Shown one piece after another: positions 23,575 to 36,118 of a stretch of DNA of 64,000 bases (within the stretch, counting starts at the first letter, position 1; each line of letters starts with the position of its first letter). Location: contig NEEC01000015.1 of the NCBI GenBank assembly GCA_002189035.1, positions 1,798,001 to 1,862,000 of the forward strand. The letters run 5' to 3'. Position numbers and translations under genes: made by a program. Under the pieces are notes generated by a model. It searched no databases. It saw nothing but the letters and a program-made list of their open reading frames with translations, and had not been told where the DNA came from. This DNA comes from Utricularia gibba. Lineage: Eukaryota; Plantae; Magnoliophyta.

Positions 23575-26500
23575 TTAGGAAACAGCCTAATAAAAACCAA
23601 ACCCAATTTAAAATTTCTCTATTTGTTCTACTCTCCATCAACCATCATTGAAATCCGTTTCAGAATAGACGTTTGTTCATGAATCAGAGGCTTGCATCCC
23701 CTGAAGCTGGTACCAGTAACCGCCTCACAAAACAGTGAGACATCCCAAGCCCGGAAACAAATCTGTAGTGGACGAATGGCGAGATTCAATCCCAAAATTT
23801 AATAGCAAACCATCACATGAAACAAACACACTCATCGGAGCATTCCAAAACATTCAGGCGCAAATGAAGAGAACCAAGATGAGCATCCAGCAGGACATCC
23901 GCATTTTTCATAATAATAGTTGGACAACAAAACACTCCAGCTTCACATACCACGTGTCCGACAGCGCGACGGAGAGTGGCCTGAATTAACGATGATCGTC
24001 ATCACTTCCGCACCCGTTTTTGTCGGCTCTATCGAATTACTGTGCCATTGGATGCTGTAACCCATTTTTTGGGTATTTTTTTACATAGTATGAAATTTTT
24101 TTAAAAAATAGACAATTTGAAACTTTGGGCCTCTGGGCCTTCTCATGTCAGAATGCAAGCCCATTACGTAATATGCACACGTACCACCCCAAAACCAGAG
24201 ATAATGAATTGAATAGAACTTTTTTAAAAAAATTGATTAATTTAAATAGAAAATAAGCTTGAAAAACGTATATTTTAAATATATCTATAAAACGTAATAT
24301 TATTTTAAATGCATATTTATAAAATCTATATATTATATATAGTTTGTATTTTAATCATATATTATGCATGTTTATCCAAACATAAAGTATGCGATTGACT
24401 GATGGAAATAAAATGATTTAATTATACATTATGTCACGTTTAATTATTAGAAAAAAATGTCTAAATCTTAATAAATTTATTTTTTTTATCCAAATACGTG
24501 ATTAATTAACTAATTAATTGGCTTTGTTTTGTTTGTATAGAAAGAAAGGAATCTTGTTGGAATCCCTAAACCCGGACGCCATCCCATCCCCTTCCCCCCT
24601 CTTTACTTCAGTGCAGTGAAGCCGAACCCTACCCAGAATTGCAATTGAATGCCTGGTTCGAGCTCCCACATTTACTTCCTCACCTACGTGCTGTAAGTAA
24701 CCTCCCCGTTGTTTCCCTTTCGCTTATTATTTTGCATTCCGATTGCCCTCCCCCCACCCCCTGCCACTGCCTCTGCCTCTGCCTCTGCTTCCGCCTCGAT
24801 ACCAGAGTTCCCCCTCCCCCTTGGCTTCGCCGCTCCTTCGTCTGCTGCTTGGGCTTGACTACTGCCCACGCCATTCAACCGTCTCCTTAACCCGCCGGCG
24901 ACAACCAGTGGAATCGAGATCATAATTCGAGGCGATGTGGGATCAACGCCGCCAGCCGCCTGAAAACTATCCATCTCCACTGAGAAAATCCAATTTTCTA
25001 GTGGTTACGTTTCCCTAAAAAAAAATGCCCTAACCCGTGACGGCAACAAATTCAAATCATTTAAAATAAAGATTCAATCATAATTAAATTATTATTTAAT
25101 ATCTTTTATAATTAAATTATTTAAATTTCTAAAATAGCAAACCGTATAATTTTGTATGATTTAAAACAATTGTGTGCAGTGTGTACTCGTAACGCGGGCT
25201 TCGAGGAATTGGAGCGGGCTCGATTAAATGCCGCATTTGTCCTGGAGTAAGTAACAAGAATACCTACCCTCTCTCCCTCTTATAATTTTACAACAAATGA
25301 ATAAATATGTAATAAGGATTAGCGTGTGGGACCCCAAGAGGACCAGGACAGGGTCATGTTGCCAATAGGATCATCTCCTTACGTGGATTCAAGGCTATAT
25401 TTGGAATTCCAATACACAAAAACCACACCACTCCTCCAACCCATCTCCTAGTCCCTTACTTTCTATTGATGATGGAATAAAATTTCGATTTAAAAAGGAT
25501 ATTAAATTGTGTTGGGAGATATAAAAATAGTGTTTGGTCCATGACCGCGGGGGATTATAATACTAGCACCATTTTTTTTTTTTTTTTTACCGTGGTCCAG
25601 GTGGACCACCATGCCCATTACTTTTCACTGCTCGGCATGAGATGGATTGTGTGTCGTTCGGCGTGATTCACAAGCCTAATCCAGAGCCTTCCACAATTAA
25701 AGCCCAATTTATATAAATTGAAATCATGATTAAATCATAGTCTTTATTTAAAACGATTCTAATTTAATTCAGTTGCTATCAAAAACGAATTCAATCTTTA
25801 TTTAACCGTTTGGAATAATGGAGATTGAGGAGCTTGTGGGGATGACAAGTTTTTATTTAAATAAAAAAAGTGAATTTTTTATTATCTGGAAAATCAGTGC
25901 AAAGCTATTTTTCTGAGTCCCGTATTTAATGACAAGTGGCAACACGCTTCCCGTGGAAATTAAAACGAAGAAAGTCAAAACGCACTGGCACGTGTCGAGG
26001 CAGCCAGTCACCCGACGAATCGCAAAAACCCCCCTAAAAAAGAAGAAATTAGACAAAAATCATGTACGGGATTATTGGTGGATATTAATTAAATTAACGA
26101 CCCTACTAATCAAATTTATTATGACTTGGCAAGAGCGCCGGAGTCGCACGTGTGAACGGAGCGTGTAATGAAGGCGGGGAATCTGGTAACCAATACCCCA
26201 GCTGGTTTACCAGAAAAAGGGAGGGCTGGGCAATCCCCACCGCACATCTGGTAACGGCGATCATCATCCGACGGTGGGTGTGAAAGAAAAGACATGACGT
26301 TGAAAGCGATGACAAAGCAACGGGATTTCCAAGGTTTTAGTTGCATATGGACGCAACAAATAACCTGTGGATGGAGTGGGAATGGGGAAAGGTGATTAGT
26401 GATTCCACACACAAACACCAATTCGTTAGAATCGAAACACAGCACATTCCTGCGCCTGCAAAACTAACACCAGGATGCGAATATGACGAGAGTGGAGGGA

Positions 26501-26683
26501 GTAAATAGCAAAGTCTCCCACGGCTTACCTCTTTCCTCCTTATAACAACGCACCTTGGCTTTGGCTCCCTCCGGCTTCAAAACACAAGCTCTGACTCTCG
26601 CACACACGCACAAAGCCTTGATGCAGCCTTTCTCCCCGCCTTTTCCACGCTGAAGTCTTCTGCTTTTCCGCCCAAAACTCACC

Positions 26684-28403
26684 ATGTCTTCCGGCGGACC
26701 CCCGGATTTCTACTCTGCGGCAAGTGGATCTGCAGCGGCTTCGGTTCTACTCTCCAGCGCTGCTGGGGTGTATAATCCTTTGCTCGCCCAAGAGGGCACT
26801 TCTCGATGGTGGGGAGGGATGCAGGGGCGCAGATCCGCCTGCCGGACTTCATTGGGAAGAGATCTCTGGTGGATGTTCAGCAGAATCAGCAGGCGCTTGG
26901 TTTTTATCTGAGGAGTATGAAGAAGATGAGGCCTCATTATGAGGTGTCTCCTCTGGCTTTCTCTCCGATCACCTCGATCCCTAGGTATGGGGTTCCAATT
27001 TTGCGTCAACAGGGGATTCGTGATTCCACTCTTGCAACCGCCAGTTTTAGTAATTCGCCTGTGATTCCCTCGGCGGTGAACGGAGACTTTTTTACCCGTA
27101 CGGAGGAGACGGAGAAGAGCCTGATGAATCACCGACTGAAGGAACTGGAGAAGGAGCTTCTGAAAGATGAAGAAGAAGACGGATCCGTCTCCGTGGTTAC
27201 CAACACCGAATTATCCGAGGCGATTCGGAATTTGATCGACCCGGCGCAGAATTCAATTTCCCCTCGCCTACTTCGTCCTCTTCTTCCTCTTCCTCCTCCT
27301 CCGTTTCCCAGCCTTCCCCCTGTCAAAGACAAGCCCTAATCGACGCCGCCGTCGCTATCTCCGAAGGGAAACCCGACGCCGCCGCGGAGATTTTCACGCG
27401 CCTCCTAGAGGAACCTAAACACAGCCTCACTGCTTATATGGTCTCCGCCTTTAAATCCCGCGGTAGTTTTAATCTCCCGTCCATGGCGGCAGAGGAATAC
27501 GCTGTCTCCACACAGATGTTGTATTGCGTTTCGCCGTGTTTCAAGCTTGGATTCATAGCTGCAAATCTCGCCATTCTTGGAGCAGCCTCTGAGAGAAACC
27601 CTGTTTCGAAAAGATTCATGTCTTGGATTTCGAGCTCGGCCAAGGCGGACAATACGTTCATTTGCTTCATACCTTAGCGGCGGCTGAGACCGGCAGTAAA
27701 TCGCTAACGATCACCGCTTTCACCTACAGCGGTGCCGCAGAGGAGAAACTGAGAACCGTCGGAGAAGTTTTAAAAGCGCTATCGCTGAAAATCGGAGTTT
27801 CCCTGATTTTTCACGTCAGGGATTTCAATATCGCCGCAATCAGCCGCGAGAAGCTGGAAATTAACTCCGACGAAGCACTCGCCGTGAATTTCGCATTCAA
27901 GCTACACAAGTTACCGGACGAGAGCGTGACCGTCGAGAACATCCGCGACGATCTGCTCCGTCGCGTGAAGACGTTGTCCCCCGCCGTGGTCACGGTCGTG
28001 GAGCAAGAGCTTAACACGAACACGGCACCTCTGATCACGCGCGTTCGCGACGCGTACGATTACTACGCCGCCCTACTGGAGTCTCTTGACTCCACCGTCG
28101 CCGCCGATAGCCCCCCGATCGGGCAAGAATCCTCAACGGGATCGGACGGCGGATACTCAATTCCGTCGCATCGGAGGGCCGCGAGCGCGTCGAAAGATGC
28201 GAGGTATTCGGCAAGTGGCGCTGCCGCATGAGCATGGCCGGCTTCCAGCCGTTCGTCATCAGTCCACGCGCCACCGAATCGCTTAGGGCCAAACTCAACT
28301 CCGGAGCACGTGTCAATCCAGGATTCACGGTGAGCGAAGATTCCGGCGGGATCTGTTTCGGATGGAGGGGAAAACCCTCACCGTCGCGTCCGCTTGGCGC
28401 TGA
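26684..28403 (+). CDS. GRAS transcription factor, SCL4/7 clade (SCL8-like), intronless; five -1 frameshifts in this assembly
   Basis: Fragments join to give [51 protein letters not shown](E)LGQGGQY (VHIID), [30 protein letters not shown] (PFYRE), [20 protein letters not shown] and [12 protein letters not shown] (SAW). Confidence 0.88.
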
Positions 28404-29666
28404 TTTTTACCGATTAAAAAAATGCCGCCACCCAGTTGGTAATAACCAGTTACTGCTAAATTAACCCTATGTTTTACCTCACTCCTAGTCCCATTGTTGT
28501 GCTCCTTAATTTTATGTATAGGAAACTTTTTTGCTATTTAATTTATATACAAAAAAACGCCAAATTACAAAAAGTCAACCCAAAGAAACACTAAATATCC
28601 ACTTCGTTTTATTTAATTTATTTTCGGTCAAAGAAGTCAACCGCCATTAGAAGAACGTCATGAAGGAAGAGAATATTACGTAAATACCCTCTAAATGAGC
28701 TCTTTTATTAATTAAAACCATATTCTATAATTATACCTAGTTTTAGGGGTACAGTCTATTTTTGTAATTAGCGTTGGTAACGAATTTATTGTGAAGTCGA
28801 TGTACCTCCATAATCTCCTACTTGATTGATTGTCCTCTTTTACCCTCCCCTTTTTCTTTCTTGAACTGGAGTCTTTTTTACTGAGCACTTTTAGAATTGG
28901 GTACATGCTTTTTCGGTCAAACATTAATATTTTACAATAAATATATTATTTTTTTACAATTTAATAATAATCTGAAAATGCAACCGATTCAACCCATTAA
29001 TGAATTGCTCGGGTCTACCGTGGGGGAACCACACAAGATTCCCGCTGCCTTTGGAAGTAGGTCCGTGGGACGTCTGTGAAGCTACTACTCCTATTAAATC
29101 GGCTCTAATTTAATAACCTTGAATTTATAATTTTAATTATTTTGAAAACGGAAAACAATAATTTTAATTATATAGATCAAGAAAATGAGGCGAAAGAGAC
29201 AATTGTGGACTTTTGAAGGGTAGGCAGGCATTAAATGCATATTTGGGGGGAGCAAGTTGTAATATAGGGTAAGTGCGAGGGCGGCTTCTCTTAAAAAAAT
29301 ATATATTTGGGTACTGTACAATTAAATAAATTGAAGGTATAATACAGTGTTTTGGTTGTTGAGCATTAGATACAACCAAATTCAATTCCTAAGCTATTCA
29401 GGTGCAATGTTTTCAATTTGATTCGCAAATTGAAATTTCGAACAAATTTTGATAGAAATGATTGAATGTCTGAAATCGAAATTTACAATATTTTGAACCA
29501 TACACAAAAATATATGTAAATATTTTGAAATCCCAAGGTATTAACACATATATACATACACACATATATATATGTGTATGTATATGTTTGGTGATGGTAG
29601 ATAAACACGTGGATTAATGGGATATAGAATAAATTAGTGTAATTTCAAGCCAATGGGCCAGGCCCA

Positions 29667-30487
29667 CTACTGCATGGACCAAGCGTCTTCCCACCAAACG
29701 GCGTCGTTTGGTTGACTGAAGAAGGAACCACGGAAGCATTCCATGGCTTCAACGTCTGTACTAGAGGACGCGACATCAACTCCGCCGCCACCGGAATACG
29801 CTTGAATCACAGCTCCGTCGTACCCGAATGGCGACGACAGCAACTGTCGATCGGCGTTGGTGGTGGTGCGGCTAGTGTCGTGGCGGTCTTGATCGTGGAC
29901 GCCAATGCCCTCCGCCTCAACCTGCATCGCACGGTTCATGGTGTGCTCGGTTGGAGTCATGTGTTTTTGGATCTTGGTTCTCCAGAAATTTTTTATCTCG
30001 TTGTCGGTTCGTCCCGGGAGATGCTTCGCAATCTTCGACCATCTGCATTCAATTCCCTTTCAAGTTGGGATACATATCAAACCAGAAAGTTTGGATGAAC
30101 ACAGAGGGGGTATGTGAGGAACCTGTTCCCCACTTGGAGTGAAGCTCGATGATCAAAAGCTGCTCCTCCGTCGTGATGTTACCCCTCCTCAGGTCGGGGC
30201 GGAGGTAATTAAGCCATCGCAGCCGACAGCTCTTCCCTGTCCGCTTCAGCCCTTTGAACCGAAGGCGGCGTGGTAACACAACGACGGCGCCATAAAAATG
30301 ATCACGAATAACTAACCAACTAACCGGAAGAGCGAGCAACGGTATTCCAAATGCCTTCGCCGTGATTCGCTATGTAGTTGATGAGGATGATATCTTCCTC
30401 CACGGTCCATGGCCCCTTCCTCACTTCACACTCCGGTGAAACTTTATCCATTTCAGGGGTAGGAGGAGAAATGTCTGAGTTCCCCAT
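29667..30487 (-). CDS. R2R3-MYB transcription factor, subgroup 19 (MYB21/24/305-like); 3 exons; one -1 frameshift at 30128-30131
   Basis: Protein reads [35 protein letters not shown]|[41 protein letters not shown]|[27 protein letters not shown] with C-terminal WEDAWSMQ. In-frame ATGs at 30487 and 30451. Exon 2 is 129 nt instead of the canonical 130. Confidence 0.9.
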
Positions 30488-31404
30488 TTATAGATGTCAG
30501 CACTCTAACTAAACCCCCATTAACAAACAATTCAGCCATTGTTTAACCCACATTCACTGCATGGTAATCTCTGTTACTGTTCCTATGAACCAGGGTGGAT
30601 GAATCCTTCTGGAAGGAGGTCACCAAGGGAGCCTAAATATGACTGTGGGCTCTCTGAGATTGATTGAATCTTTGCATGGGATGCACAGTGCAAAGTTGTT
30701 CTCCGCAGTAAAAAGGCTGATGATCAGGAGGAGACGTGGCTGGCGGGGACGGGAGGGGGAGGATGGGAGTTAGGTTTTTTTTACGTGGATTCGAGGGGCT
30801 TCGGAGGTCGTGTGTTGTCTTGGTTGGATTAATCATCCAGACACGAAGTGCTGCCCACATGCCTTAACGCTGCCTAATCATTTAATGGGTACTAATCGCT
30901 TTTAGCCATTAAGTAATTTGTCTTGGCTTAGTTTAAGTATACATTTCGTGCTACCACGTGCCCTAATCGTGCTCATTAATCTATTTGTCTTCTCGGTTAA
31001 TATTTTCTCCAGATAAAGGCGTGTCCCTTTCTTTCCTCATATGTCTTAATTCCGACATGCACTTTTTTACATTTTGCGTCCGCATTTTCTTTTTTTCTTT
31101 TAATTTTAAAATATGAGGCGTCTAAGTAGGGATTTTAATATATTTGATGTTTATGTGATTAAATGGATCGCATTTACAATGATTGAATTTTGTAAGTTTG
31201 GGGTGGGTACTTTCCTTGGAACGGACCAAATTGCCCTCATTCGTTGCAAAATTTGACCTAGGGATGGATACAGACGACCAAGTCTCTGGTAGGGATAACT
31301 GTGTGTGCCTCGGTGGTGTTGTGGTGTGTGCCTTGCGCTTACTGTGCATGTGACCAGCTTGTTGTGCTCGACAGACAACTATGGAGAATCACGTCAAAAG
31401 TGGT

Positions 31405-34400
31405 TCAGGGTATGGCAGAGTTGGCCTGGTTCAACCGGTGCGCTGTCCGGCGTAAACTGACTTTATGTGTGCGTAAGCCGTGCCATGGATCATCGCTTGA
31501 GGTGAGCTTATGGATGCTTCTGCGCAGCAGCTGCAGCTCCACGAGAGGGACAGTCGTGGGTCGCCCATGGGCACACTGAAAGAGATGAAGGATCACAGAA
31601 GAAGATGAATCCAACCCGGATTACGGTCGTTATCGTTGTATCAGAATCAGAAGTGGGGGTGGGGTCTGGTTGGGGTCTGGTTCTGAGGTCACCTGAAAGC
31701 AGAGTGAAGTCTGCTTCAGCTCTTCAACAATGAGGGAACATTCTGAAGCAAGCAGCGCGTCCCCAAACATAATAGCTCCTACATCATGGCATCAAGTTAA
31801 AAACGCAAGACTCTGTTGAGTGGCAGGGGGTGAATTAGTGAGTACCTCGGCATGCCTTGTTGTTGAGGATACGGAGGACAGCCGGAGGTATGGTAGAAGA
31901 TCCGTCTGTGTCTGCCAGCTACATGAAGATCATTTGGTCATATCAGGTCCTTTCAACATCATGGAGCAAGAGAAAAGTCATCTCACCTGTTGAAGGAACT
32001 CCAGTAGATCAATGTCCGTTAGTTTAACATCCAATATGCTTGGTACCTGAATTCATTCACTAATATGTGAGTCGGGTGGGCTCATTGCAACAAGTCTGAA
32101 AACTTGAATAAGCATTACCGACAGGAGTTTAACTTCAGCCGGCCGCTTGTGGACAAATTCTAAGTTCCTGCAAACAAAAAAAAGCATGGAAACCAAGAAA
32201 GCACATATGCAAATGGCTGTGAGGCATATGGGCTGCTATGAGGTTTGATGTGGAAAAATACGTTCTGGTGCGTTAGTGTAAACTGTGAAAGGTTTCATGA
32301 AAAAACGGGATTACTCTGTAAAGCAAACTGTATCCTGAATATTCCAGGTCCATCCCAAGCTTGAATTTGCTCAGCATAATTATGCAGCAACTGATAACCA
32401 ATTTCAGGCAGTACCTATTTTCCAGATATCAAAGAGGTTGAGCTGCATTAACCAAAGAAATTCTCATGCGAGCAAGATGATGACATACCAATTCTTGCTC
32501 GGCATCCAAGTGTTCCAGTCTTCTCATTTCACCAGATAATACCTGATATTTTAAAAAAAAGATTATAAGATTCAAGGAGAAAACCTGGCATCATACCCTG
32601 CAAGGAGTTCTACCTTCTGGCGTAATTCTTCCAGCCTAATTCTTTCATCAGCTGCATGCTGTAAATGATAACCAATAGATTCGTTAACTTCAAAGTTTAT
32701 TCCGTGTCACAGTATTATGTGGATGTTATTGTCACAATCCCGGTTGAAAACGCAAATCACTAAGCATCGAACCATGTCATGCACCGTAATTAGGAGAAAA
32801 AGACGTTTCTATGAACAAGAGAGCAAAAGGTATAACACAATATTCCTGGAAAAGCAATAACCTGGTCAATGAGAGCTAGTGTGTTTCTAGCTACAACCGC
32901 AATGAATTTCTTATCAACTTGACTAAGAACTCTGGCATCTTGCAGTGACTCCCGATCTATGGAGTTGGGAACTATACCATCAGTATCAAAGCACAGTATC
33001 TCAGAAGACACATCTAGAATAAAATCCCTATGCTTTTGATCCCCCGATCCAATTCTAACCTATAAAGTTCAATAAAGGTAAGTGCAGAATAAGAATCCAT
33101 AACAGAAAACCAATTATAAATATCAAATTTGGACAGGAGAAGCGATATACAGCTTCTTGAATTGGTAAGCTGGAATCCCACTTGCACAAATCATCAGCCC
33201 CATCCTTGAAACTCACACCTGGAAGGTAAATATTCACAAGTGATCGACTTGAAAATTGACAACAATCATTTTGGTCACAGATTCACCAATGAGCCAAGCT
33301 AGTAATGCCCCAATAACAATTAGTGCCTAACACATATCTACTTGTTCTAATCACCAATAATATAATGAGAGCTGGCACATACTAGCCAACATGTCACTTT
33401 TCACTGGTTCAACGTTGCAGGCCGCCTGTGGGCAATGTCTGAGAGAAGATTATGATGTAAAAGGTTAATGTAAAATGTTCATAACAGTATCAAATGAACT
33501 TAAAACCATACATTGGAAGAATCCTCTGCTGACCTTTCGAGTTGAGGCAATTTGGCTTCATCAACCAATGACTTTTGTTGGAGCTGTAATTTTCCAAATT
33601 CTAGATGAAGATATCAACAATTCAAACATTGTGCAACAGAAAACTGAACCCAAGATACGGAACCAGAAGTCCTAAAAACTTACTGGAATCATGTTTAGTA
33701 GACATGCTGGAAGAATAAGCCAAATCTAAATATCTCGTTTTTCCATTATAAAATGGTGGAGCGGAACTACTTCTGTTTGATCTTTTCTTTGTTCTACTCA
33801 TCAAGTATCGATTTCCATGACAAGAATCAGTAGACTCATGAAGTGCTGATGCTGTGTCGAAGAAAGATTCAATATAACATTTTTTAGGAGATTCCCAACA
33901 TGTTGAGATCAAAGATTTCCTTTCTGTTCCAAAAAATCGTTCAGCGGATCTACCAATTTCCCCAGGGCTTTGACCAATTTTTTTCTTATCAACAGAGAAC
34001 ATATTTGAAAAGCCACTGGAAGTCTGATACTGCCATTCATCTCTTGTGGTCAAACTGCTGCTCCCTAAATTTTCATTTGCTATCTCAAATGAAAATTCAT
34101 CACCATATCCAGAACCATCCTTGGAAAAGCTAGTGGAAGCAACTGCAAGACATTTGCTACCACTGGTTTCTGAGTAAAACCTGAGAGGAACTTTCAGCGC
34201 ATCCCAGAAGAAAGCTTCTGATATTTCTACATTGTTATATTTATTGCACAGAGATGATTGAGAATTTTTCCCATCATACCATAAATCTTTTCCAGAAATC
34301 ATCGGTTCAGTTTCAGTTGCTATGGGATCATGACAATTACTCCACTGTTCCACATCAAAGCCTTCAGATCCATGTTCAAAGCTTTCATATCTGGACGGTT

Positions 34401-36066
34401 TTAACGTGTGTGGCAAGCTTCTAACATTGGAGCAACTCCTCATCAATGATTTGCTTGGATATCCGAAAAAATCAATATCATCACTCATTTTAGGACAACA
34501 AGCAGAAATTTCACAAGCCCCAAATGGTGATTTTTCATCCTCAGCAGTTCTGAATTCTTTCATCACACTACGCACAGATGCAGCTGATAAGCGTCTTTCA
34601 TCATGGGTACATGATGCAGAGGTTGGAGAGAACGACTTGCATGAAAATTCACTACATCCCATTTCATCACCCATGGACAAAGGGGAAGGAGCAGAGGATC
34701 CAAACTGAGATCGTATTGCATACTTATTCTCATGCAGTAAATCTTCCATTCTTTGAGGCCTTTTAATGTAAGGAACTTTTTCGGACTTGTTCATATTTAT
34801 AACATCGCTATTTCTGCAAAACTTCTTTCTCCTTGGAGACTGAAGATCCAAAGTTTTCTGAAAGTTCTCAATGTTGCAACTCTTCAATCTGATTCCAGAC
34901 GCCTCTGGAATAATTTTCATAAAAAAAGTAACAAAGAGCAAAAGATGAGAATAAAGATAAGTCGCAGACACAGTTCATACTAAAAAGTTTATGCGCCCAG
35001 ATAAAAGCAATTACATTAAAAATAACAAGGCTTCTGTTGGGGTATAACATTTTATATTAATGTGTATGAAAAATGGCAGAACCTCAGACGTTTGCAAGAG
35101 CATTCATTACCAAGAGACTTACTTTCATTCCAAAGATGCATGATACTATTCTCGATGAAGGCAAGCACTGGAATCCAGTCCTGGGACAGGGACATAAACA
35201 AATAAACAAGGTACCATATATTGTAATGATGATTGGAAAGAAAAAAATATACTTTGAAGACTGCACCTTAAATTCCACAATGGCCTTTGACTGTTCATCA
35301 GTAAATACATCATAATAAGATCTTGGACAGCACAGGTTCAGTATGAAGGTTGAAGATAAGTCATAGTGGATGAGCTGCTCATTATTGGTTTCTAACTGCG
35401 AGCTACCAAAAAAAATAAATTTTCCAGCTAACTGATTCAACAGTTTATGAATTGGTCCTTTCTGGATAAATCTTGAGTTGATGTCTAGCTTTAAAGTTGA
35501 GAAATACATGCACCAAGACATCATTCCCCACATAAAAACTGGAAAATGAATGTCACATGGATGGATACATGCATATTGAATTCCCTACATGAAGGCATTA
35601 GCTGATCAGAATACAATTTAAGTGCCATATGGCTTAGACAAAGTGTCACACCTTCACTGGAAGAATATATGAAGGAGCAGAAACGAATCCTGAAAGCTTC
35701 AATTCACCATCAGATACATTCAATTCTAAGAAAGAAGCAGGAATCTCCACCCCAAAGTTACGGGAAAGCATTACTGATGGAGAAGTAGAAGGCTGAGTAT
35801 GAAGGAGCTTATTCATGCTGCATAAAAAAGGATGAGAAAATAACCCCAGAATATAAAACATGATTTGAAAAAGGAAAATGCTATTAGAAAAGAGCCTCAG
35901 CAGTAATTCAACTAAGAGAAAAACCAGGTAAGGTGGAAAGTACCTATCTCGATCAATAACTTTGAATGAGACATTCAAATGAACAAGAGCAATTCTCAGC
36001 ACGGTCATTTTAACAGCATTCAACAACTTATAGTAGCTATGATATCAGAGATAGAGGGTCAGCGAG

Positions 36067-36118
<52 letters not shown>

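Noticed and set aside
26684-28403. Programmed ribosomal frameshifting or slippage system explaining the GRAS frameshifts
   Set aside because: There are no X XXY YYZ slippery heptamers with downstream structure, and the same -1 homopolymer pattern occurs in unrelated essential genes. Assembly error is more parsimonious.
9593-30487. Three R2R3-MYB genes within 21 kb (plus MYB-related CDC5 at the window end) as a functional MYB cluster
   Set aside because: They belong to different subgroups (16-like, MYB17-like, 19) with no shared flanks. R2R3-MYBs are a very large family, so proximity alone is weak evidence.
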